NCBI GenBank assembly: GCA_030390025.1
Contig: CM059431.1
Coordinates: forward strand, 137,394,001-137,458,000
Direction of reading: 5' to 3'
DNA length: 64,000 nucleotides
From: Squalus acanthias
Taxonomy: Eukaryota
How positions within the stretch are numbered: the first letter of the stretch is position 1; each line of letters starts with the position of its first letter. The translations under genes were made by a program, and so were the position numbers. The notes under the pieces are model-generated. The model had not been told where the DNA came from, made no database searches, and worked only from the letters and a program-made list of their open reading frames with translations. Shown piece by piece: positions 53,301 to 61,761 of this stretch.

Positions 53301-54957
53301 GACAAAATTGCCAAAAGCATCTTGCTTGAATTGCCTGAAAGGGCAGTGGAAGCAGATTTAAAAGTAACTTTCAAAATGGAATTGGTTAAATACTTGGAAA
53401 GGATTAATTGCAGGTCTATGGAGAAAGAGCAAAGGGGAGTGGGAGAAATTGCACAGCTCCTTCAAAGAGCCGGCACAGGCACGATAGGCCGAACGGCCAC
53501 CTTCTGTGCTGTATGGTTCTATGATTCACATCCTAGTCCAATATTTCCATCCCCCGCCCTCGAACAACCCTTCATCTGAAGAATTATTCTTGACTCCCTG
53601 TGGCTGGTCGCCTAGTATTAAAACAAGGGGGGTGAAATTGATTTGCAGCAAAGCGCCTGATGTTCTGCTCAATTGAACTCAATTGGAAAGGAAATCGGGA
53701 TGAGAGTAAAATGGGCGTCCGATAGCGAAGACCAATTTCAATCCCAACGTTCGTCATTGGCCCAAAATTGTCAATGTCTAATCCTAAATTTCAACGTGAG
53801 TTTCTCCTTCAATGGTGCTGTCGCTGGGAGTTGCACCATTCTCCTTGCAAGAAGCAGTCTTAGTTCCGATTGTCTTAACATATTCTTGCAACTGATCCAC
53901 AGAGATACCGTTTCGGCCTCGTACTCGTTCTCTTCCTCCTGGGGCTGTTGGAGCTGTCAGTATCAATCGTCGTTTCCATTTTCGGATGCAAGATGTTGTG
54001 GAAAAATTCTAAAATACAATTCAATAAGGTTGGTAGTTACAATGCCACATTGCCAATCAATATTTCCGGTTCAGCTGCTTAGAAAGAAAGACCTTGGGTG
54101 AGAAATTATTTTCAGGCGGTGGCGCAAAACGGGCGGCCGATCCGATCCGCCCATTTTGCGCCACATTCCGAGACGAATTTCTCGGCTCTTGCATTTATAA
54201 AGTGCAGATCAAGACCCCGGGACGTCCCAAAGTGCTTGACATCCAATGAAACACTTTTAAACTGTAGTTAAGGCTGTAATGTTGGAAACTCGGTAGTCAA
54301 TTAGTGCACAGCAAGTTCCCATAAACATCAATTTTATAAATGAGCCGGATACCTGATTATTTTATGTTACACTTTCAGAGATAAATATTTGTCCCGGAAA
54401 CGCGGGAGAACTTCCCTGCCTTACTTCTAAATAGTGCCATGGAATCTATTGCATCCACCTGAGAGAGCAGATTCGGCCTCGGTTTAACTTCTCATCCGAA
54501 TGATCACACCTCTGACAGTGCAGTGCTTCCTGACTACCGCACCAGGACTGTCATCTTACATTTTGCTGCTGAAGTCTCTGGAGTGGGATTCTGAACCCAC
54601 AACATTCTGACTCAGAGGCGAGCGAGCTATCACCTGAGCCAAGGGGGGCACACTATAGCTATTTGATCAATTCAGAATTTGGTGTTCACTTCCCAAAGTC
54701 TTGCAATGAGAAATCTCGTAACGTACCCTGCAATACATCTGGCATGGAGGAAATGATCATCATTTATGTCAGTTTGTTTGCGTATAATTAATTATTTGTT
54801 TATTTATTTAATATTTAGACATCAATTCAGTTTTCCCTTTCAGCCTCCAAATAAGCCTACTGATCAGGACAACACCTCTCAAACACCGATACCCCAAGGT
54901 CCGACCTACAGCAGTCTGATGCCTCCAACACCGGTGTACAATGGATTTCAATTATAG
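41165..54957 (+). CDS. MS4A-family (CD20/FcεRIβ-like membrane-spanning 4-domain) gene copy B, intact, 226 aa
   Basis: join(41165-41329, 42779-42889, 45290-45346, 52684-52791, 53903-54028, 54844-54957). All introns are GT-AG phase 0 with no stops. Four hydrophobic segments carry MS4A motifs ([38 protein letters not shown]). Orthology not assignable by eye. Confidence 0.88.
42779..42889 (+). CDS. MS4A-like copy B exon 2 (TM1): [37 protein letters not shown]
   Basis: CTCTTTTAG acceptor and GTGAGT donor. Confidence 0.88.
43225..45190 (-). mobile_element. Cluster of nested decayed CR1 fragments
   Basis: Minus-strand RT remnants ([20 protein letters not shown]) and CR1 tails at about 43225 and 43890. 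Confidence 0.7.
45290..45346 (+). CDS. MS4A-like copy B exon 3 (TM2): [19 protein letters not shown]
   Basis: TTTTTTTCAG acceptor, GTAAGT donor, 57 nt, homologous to 17257-17313. Confidence 0.88.
46400..51673 (+). mobile_element. Near-full-length decayed CR1 LINE (copy 2), sense orientation within an intron of MS4A-like copy B
   Basis: 5' UTR core shared with copy 1; ORF1 about 47558-48469 and ORF2 48508-~51450 with stops and frameshifts; (TTCTTATG)n tail. Confidence 0.93.
46530..47422. mobile_element. Non-autonomous PIF/Harbinger-like transposon nested in the CR1 5' UTR
   Basis: Perfect 16-bp TIR GGGGGAAAAATTCAGT / ACTGAATTTTTCCCCC, GC-rich subterminal arms, flanks CGT/TGT. Confidence 0.8.
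52684..52791 (+). CDS. MS4A-like copy B exon 4 (TM3 and loop): [36 protein letters not shown]
   Basis: TTCTTCGAAG acceptor, GAT|GTAAGT donor, 108 nt. Confidence 0.85.
53903..54028 (+). CDS. MS4A-like copy B exon 5 (TM4): [42 protein letters not shown]
   Basis: CCACAG acceptor, AAG|GTTGGT donor; LE...FGCK is the MS4A TM4 signature. Confidence 0.9.
54190..54645 (-). mobile_element. Deu-domain SINE
   Basis: Reverse-complement similarity to the 17780 and 28745 copies, including the tRNA-like head. Confidence 0.65.
54844..54957 (+). CDS. MS4A-like copy B last exon: [37 protein letters not shown]
   Basis: TTTTCCCTTTCAG acceptor, TAG stop, AATAAA at 55096-55101. Confidence 0.85.
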   Translation, partial: PPNKPTDQDNTSQTPIPQGPTYSSLMPPTPVYNGFQL

Positions 54958-55139
54958 AGTGGGAGATTGAGCAGGAAGACTAATTGTTGCCGTGGAGTAT
55001 AAGTCCAGTTCATGACTGACCTCGCTTACTTTAATACAACAATGCATGTGAAACCAAGGGCTTTACCTGAACAAAAGCAACTAATAGATAAACAGAATAA
55101 AGAGAAATGTGAGAACTGAGCAATAAATCAACGAACATT

Positions 55140-56205
55140 TCAGAACATGAGGCAATTCGGCCCATAGTGCCTGTGCCGGCTCTTTGAATGAGCTATCCAA
55201 TTAGTCCCTCTTCCCTGCCTTTTCCCCGTAGCCCTGCTATTTTCCCCTGCCAGTATATATCAAATTCCCTTTTGAAAGTAGCTATTGAATGGGCTTCCAC
55301 CACCATTCAGGCAATGCATATTGTTCATCGCTTATATAAGAACATAGGAATTAGGAGCAGGAGTAGGCCATACGGCCCCTCGAGCCTGCTCCACCAGTCA
55401 GTAAGTTTATGGCTGAACTTCTGCACCAACTCCAATTTACCGCCTGATTCCCATATCTCATGATCCCATTAGTGCCCCAAAATTTACCAGTTTCAAACTT
55501 GAACATACTCATTGAATGGACATTCACAACCCTCTGGGGTAGACAATTCCAAAGATTCACAATACTCTGAATGAAGAAATTTCTCTTTGTCTCAGTCCTA
55601 AATGACCGACCCCTTATCATGAGTCTGAGCCATAGTTCTACACTCTCTAACCAGGGGAAACCCTCTCTCAGCTTCTACACGCTAAGAATGTGGACGTCAA
55701 TATAAGATAACCCAACACTCTTCTAATCTCCAGAGAATATAGGACCATTCTACTCAATATCTCCTCAGAGGACAGCCCTCTCATCCCAGGAGTCAATCTA
55801 GTGAAGGTTCGTTACACCCCTCTATGGCAAGTTTATCCTTCTTTAGGTAAGGAGACCAAAAATTTGCACAGTACTCCAGGTGTGGTCTCATCAAAGCCCT
55901 ATACAACTGTAGCAAGACCTCCTTAATCGTACACTCCAACGCACTTGCAATAACAGCAAACGTAGCATTGTCCTTCCAAAATGATTGCTCTAACTCCTTG
56001 TTAACGTTCTGTGATTCGTGTACAAGGGCAGGCAAATGCCTTTGAATAAAAACAAAGGTCTCTCACCTTTTATAAATACTCTGATTTTCAATTCTTCATA
56101 CCAAGCTGGGGTGATTGTACATAGATCATTAAAATGTCCTGGACAGGTACAGCTGTCCTTTGTACCGAGAGGACTAGAATACAAGGGAGTATACACCTGG
56201 AGTAC
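55140..56205 (-). mobile_element. CR1 fragments, mostly minus strand
   Basis: CR1 tail at about 55335 and an LLQLYRALMRPHLEYC remnant. Confidence 0.7.
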
Positions 56206-56207
56206 TG

Positions 56208-57117
56208 TGTACGAAAGACTGGTATTAGAGATTCTTAGTAGATGGGAATCATATATGTATACATTGAAGTGTAGCCATTGACCAACTAATCTTACCCATG
56301 ATTCTCTGAGTATGAAATGCTAAAGACTGTTCGAATGTAGCCATGAAGACAGTTAAAAAGCAGTTTTGACTAAGCTCAGATAACAAACAGCCACAGGCTG
56401 CGAGTGAAGGTTAAATTGTTATATAACATATTATAGTACTCATAACATATTATAATGCTAAGTAGGAATTAGAGTTCGCTTAACAAAACTAATTGCAAAT
56501 ATATTTAAAAGATAATTAGTATAAAAGATGTAAAATGAAAGAGATCTTGGGAGTTAAATTATCTACTTGGTAGATCAAAGTGAGGTAGTCAGAACACCGT
56601 CAAGGTAAAGGAGACCGCTCCGACATGGGCCCCTTGGGATTAGGCCGTATACTGCTTGTAACAGGGAAGTTAGAATAAGAGAGATAAGATAAGTTCCAAT
56701 AGAGTAGAGTTATTGGAAAAAAATACTGAGCCAGGAGGAGTCAAGATGCAGCCCTTAGTCTGAGGGACAGATGGTATTTTGAGCATTAGAACCTATGAAA
56801 AAGGTGATTTTTTTAAAGACCATATACGGACACTGGCCAAATGAACTGTTGATAAGAAAAGGGTTACAACCCCGATACTAAAAGAGTAACTTCCCACAGA
56901 ACTGCTGCGAAGGCAAAGCAACAGATTGAAGACGACGTCACCTGTGTCTGAGAGGTTCCAGAGACCTTGGGCTGTGAGCTACTTGTTAAAACTATCCCCT
57001 ATTGTTAAGTATATTACGCTGTAAGCTTAATAAATCTTGATCTATTGCTCAAACATACTGGCTGCTGCCTATTGGTGTCTTGCCCAAGAAATCTGAGGGA
57101 TAATTTAAGATTTTACA
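56208..57117 (+). repeat. Putative 5' LTR
   Basis: TGTA...TACA termini, AATAAA at 57029, followed by a PBS. The left boundary is uncertain because the 3' LTR is outside the window. Confidence 0.65.
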
Positions 57118-57120
57118 GAT

Positions 57121-57138
57121 TCATACCCCAGATGGGAC
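57121..57138 (+). promoter_or_regulatory. Primer-binding site, tRNA-Arg-like
   Basis: TCATACCCCAGATGGGAC versus TGG(C/T)ACCCCAGATGGGAC, the complement of the vertebrate tRNA-Arg(CCT) 3' end as recalled. Confidence 0.6.
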
Positions 57139-57161
57139 AAGACAAATCGACTAGTATTGTG

Positions 57162-57375
57162 AGAAGTCGCACAACACTAGGTTATAGTCCAGCAGTTTTA
57201 TTTGAAATCACAAGCTTTCGGAGCGGCTGCTCCTTCGTCAGGTGACTTCACCTGACGAAGGCGCAGCCGCTCCGAAAGCTTGTGATTTCAAATAAAACGG
57301 TTGGACTATAACCTGGTGTTGTGCGACTTCTCAGTTTTGTCCACCCCAGTCCAACACCGGCATCTCCACATCATT
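57162..57375. mobile_element. Palindromic Penelope-like insertion with hammerhead motifs in the ERV leader
   Basis: About 86-bp inverted arms; CTGACGA-AGGAGC/GCTCC-GAAAGCTT; 12-bp TSD ACTAG(T/C)ATTGTG at 57150-57161 and 57376-57387. Confidence 0.78.
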
Positions 57376-57522
57376 ACTAGCATTGTGTAATAGATCGGAC
57401 CTCGAAAGTAGCTTCCTGATCAGCTGCTGCTCTTGAGGAGGATTTAACCCCTCGTGGGGAATGCCCGTGGATTGCTCGCTGATAGTTACTAATTTTAGAG
57501 GTTTGTTAAGAAAATCATAAAA

Positions 57523-58705
57523 TGACTAGCAATAGTTTCATTAACGCATAGAAGAGTAAGTTAGACAGAGGTGCCTGTGAGGAGGAAGTACAGGTATTAT
57601 TAACGGAATCTTTAACCAAAGGAGACCGAATCCCCTTTGAAGAAGTGATAAACTTTATTCAGGAAAGTTTGAATCTAAAAAAATAATAAAAGTGATAAGG
57701 TTACCAGGCAACTCGCCTATGCAGTATTTAACTGTGCTCAAAGAGATGATGAGTATTGTAAGAAACAAAGTAAAGAGATAGAAGAGCTAAAAGCACAACA
57801 CAATGAGTTAGAAGAAAAACATATTCAGGAGGCAGAGGACTTTAAAAAGCAGCAAGAGCTGGAGATCGAACACATAAAAGGAAAGCAAGGTTCAGGAATT
57901 GGGAGAGTTGAAAAGGCGATTTACCGACTCAGAGAGCCAGAGCTCTCAAGCTGCGGTAGTTCCACAACAACAGAGTGTGTGCGCGGTCCAGGCAGGGGGC
58001 GCTATGCGCGGTCCAGGCAGGGGGCGCTATGCGCGGTCCAGGCAGGGGGCGCTATGCGCGGTCCAGGCAGGGGGCGCTATGCGCGGTCCAGGCAGGGGGC
58101 GCTATGCGCGGTCCAGGCAGGGGGCGCTATGCGCGGTCCAGGAAGGGGGCGCTATGCGCGGTCCAGGCAGGGGGCGCTATGCGTGGTCCAGGCAGGGGGC
58201 GCTATGCGCGGTCCAGGCAGGGGGCGCTATGCGCGGTCCAGGCAGGGGGAGCTATGCGCGGTCCAGGCAGGGGGCGCTATGCGCGGTCCAGGCAGGGGGC
58301 GCTATGCGCGGTCCAGGCAGGGGGCGCTATGCGCGGTCCAGGCAGGGGGAGCTATGCGCGGTCCAGGCAGGGGCCGCTATGCGCGGTCCAGGCAGGGGGC
58401 GCGATGCGCGGTCCAGGCAGGGGGCGCTATGCGCGGTCCAGGCAGGGGGCGCTATGCGCGGTCCAGGCAGGGGGCGCTATGCGTGAACTAGCTGAAACAA
58501 ACAGGCGTTACAATCTTGTGCTCTCTGCAGCCCCCCTTTCCCACGTCGATTCGAAGGAAATTGTTACAACTGTGGGAAACCTGGGCACTATTCAAAAAAT
58601 TGTAGGAAACCTCGACAACAGGGCCTACGGTCCCCTCCCTTTCGGGGAAATCCACCCCCACACGCGATAATATCAGCTAATCCTCTGGAGCCCAAGGTAG
58701 ATCAA
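57523..58705 (+). pseudogene. gag: ERV gag remnant (coiled-coil N-terminus, CCHC knuckle), internally deleted
   Basis: KEIEELKAQHNELEEKH coiled coil; CYNCGKPGHYSKNC at about 58562-58603; stops and frameshifts. Confidence 0.7.
57981..58484 (+). repeat. 25-bp G-rich minisatellite, about 20 copies, inside gag
   Basis: Unit GCGCGGTCCAGGCAGGGGGCGCTAT. Confidence 0.97.
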
Positions 58706-58711
58706 TTGGCC

Positions 58712-61700
58712 TGCCCCACTCCTTTGTTAAACAGTACCCATTTCCCAAAGAAAGTCATCCCTATATTGGAGATGTCATCGACTCCCTCTTAAAACAGGGC
58801 ATTCTGAGAACTGGCACTTTCACGACCAATTCACCGGCTTGGCCAGTTTGGAAGTTGGACGATAGCTGAAGGCTCACTATTGATTACCGAAGCCTTAACA
58901 AGGTTAAGCCCAAGAGCGGCCCTATTGTTACGGATGCTCCAACCTTATTATCAGAACTCCTGAAAGACTCTAAATATTACTCCACCCTAGACATTGCGAA
59001 CGGCTTTTGGAGTATTCCCGTCAGAACAGAGGATCAACATAAATTTGCTTTCACCTTTGAGGACCAGAGGTACACATGGACGTGCCGACCCCAAGGTTTC
59101 CACAACGCCACGACCATCTTCCATACCAGAATGCTACGGATCCTGAAAACTTTTTCTAAGCCCCAGTGTCTGCTTCAGTATGTCGAGGACTTGCTACTGG
59201 CTACTAGTACAATCGAAGAACACCTTGAACTGCTAGATGAACTATTAACACTGTGAAGCAGTGCAGGCTTGAAAATTAACCCTCGAAAAGTTCAGCTTTT
59301 GCAGGAACAGGTCACCTATTTGGGAGTGACGATCTCTCCGCAGGGTCTAATTCCCGATGAACACAAGATAGAGGTAATTCAACGACTCCAGCTATCTGTG
59401 TCCAGGACAGCACTCCGATCGTTTTTGGGACTAGTGGGATACCAGCGTAATTTTATTCCTGGATTTGCAGAACTTGCAAAGACCATCTATGAACTGTTAA
59501 AAGGAAAAGAGGATCAAATCTCCTCCCTGTGGGGGCCAGATCACACCGCTGCAATTGAGAAATTGAAACAGGCTGTTATGCAGACTACCTGTTTGATATC
59601 GCCCGACCCGACACAGCTATTCCATCTCGAGGTCGCATCCATCGACCATAGTCTGACTGCGGTCCTATGCCAAGAACGACTGCACAGGTTGGCACCTATT
59701 GCATATGCCACACGGGTTTTGCAGGGGGCAGAAATGACTTATTCAGCGTGTAAGCGCCACCTACTGGCGACGTTCTGGGCCACCCAACACTTTACCTACA
59801 TTACGGGCTTACAGAGGATTATTTTACATTCCCCTCACAACCCATTGAACCTCCTTATCAAACCAGGCAATTCTTTGATCTCATCCCAACGCATCAGTAA
59901 ATTGACTTTGGAACTATTACAAAGGGACATTGATATAACATCCAAACAGACTACTCTTTTACCACTGATGCTTGCGTAGGAGGGACACCCTCACAAGTGT
60001 CCACTACCTCTAATAGACTTTGAGTCCCGTCCTGATTTGCGATCACCAATAGAAGGAGCCTCTGAAATATACATGGATGTCTCCTCCTAACACATACAGG
60101 GCTCACCCCATACCGGATGTGCTGTGGTCCTACCCAAGAAGACTTAAGTTTAAAAGTTTACAAACACTCAAGCCAAAATGCAGGATTTTGGTCCTCCTCA
60201 TCGCCGTTCAAGAAACTTCGAGCTACCGGCAAACATTTTGTCTGACAATGCCTATACCATTAATACCATGCTGTCCCTTCCCCTTTACCAGAAGAATTCC
60301 TACTTCTCGTCAGACGGTAAATCCCTAATCCATGGGCCTTGGCTACGTCTCCTATGGCAGGCCCTGAAGGCACCACAGAATTCCTGTCACATTGGCAAGG
60401 TTAATGCCCATAAGAGAGACCTGTCCGCTCGCACACTGGGGAACAAGGCGGCAGATGAATCTGCTAAAGATGCGGCCCTGGCCGGTGATTCCCTCCCTCT
60501 ACAACTTGAGGAGGTAATCCCATTTGCTGCAGTTAGCTCAGCTCGCGATCTGGCTTCCCTTCAGACAGAGTATAGCCCTATCAAACGGCCATCAATTGGC
60601 ATGAACAAGGTAAGCCCTTACCGGCACCCACCAGATGGGCCTCCAAGCCCCTCTTTACCACAATGTCTCAGATAAGTATCCGATTGTCTGTATTACCCCA
60701 AACCTGGCAGACGAGCTCTTGTTCCTATTTCACTCCCACACTGTAGGAGGTCATTACTCAGCAGACGTCACTTTCGAAAAATTGCCTCCACGGCCTGGTG
60801 GCCTAATATGAAGGAAACTGTAAATTTATATGTTTCACGATGCATACCTTGTTTGTAGCAGAAACCCTCCCCTTGTTCCAACCTCCTTCGAAGTCAGCCA
60901 GGCCCTGATGGGCCCTGGACCCATGTTCAAATTGGTTTTATTGGTCCCCTCCCGCTATCGCAGGGTAATTATAAAAACGGCATCATTGTTATCGACCAGT
61001 TCACTAAATGGATCGAGGCCTTCCCCTCCCGATCCAACACTGCGCTTACTGCGGCCAAGTTGTTATTGAGTGAGGTGTTCTGTAGGTGGGGACTGCCACT
61101 TCAAGTTGATAGCGATCAGGGCACCCACTTCACTGGTGAAGTCTTTTCCAACTTACAGGAAATTATGGGAATTAAACATAAGCTACATATAGCTCATCAT
61201 CCCCAATCGTCCAGGATAGTGGAAAGAGGGTACACTGAAATCCTTGTTAGGAAAAATGTGTACAGGACACTCCACTCAATGGGTCAACATGTTACCCATG
61301 AGTTTAACGGCAATTCGGTCCACGCTACCTAGGATCATGGGGATATCACCTTACCAGGCAATGACTCGGAGGTTGATGAGGACTCCAGACCATCTAACTT
61401 TGACTGGCACTACCCCCTGACGCAACAACCATGGAACCACTCGTAGTTGGAGCGCACATTAGAGCATATTAATGAAGTTAACCGACACGTGGCAAAGAGT
61501 TCAGGGAAATCTAAAAAACAAATCAGGAAATATTTTGACCAGAAGGTTCGAACTTTCAAGTATCAGATCGGTGATCGAGTCATGTTACGAAATTATGGGA
61601 AAAAGGAAAATGCGATTGACCCCAAGTGGAACGGACCCTACTCGATGGTGGATAAATTGAATCCAGCCATGTATCTGGTTCAGTACACTAAAGGGAGAGT

Positions 61701-61761
61701 GGAAAAGAGAAAAGTAACTAAATCGTACCATATCAATCAGTTAATGACGGTGAAAGAATAA
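58712..61761 (+). pseudogene. pol: ERV pol remnant: RT, tether/RNase H-like, RNase H, integrase (no protease visible)
   Basis: RT: KQYPFP, IDYRSLN, LDIANGFWSIP, PQGFHN, QYVED. Tether: PIAYATRVL. RNase H: IYMDVSS, KVNAH, GNKAADESAK. Integrase: HHCC, VDSDQGTHF, HPQSSRIVER, PKWNGPY. Confidence 0.92.

Noticed and set aside
53673..54101. ORF-track proteins 53673-54101 (+) and 53784-53966 (-)
   Set aside because: They are the wrong frame or strand over the true TM4 exon at 53903-54028.
57899..58670. RG-rich proteins in the ORF track
   Set aside because: These are translations of a stop-free 25-bp minisatellite in all three frames.
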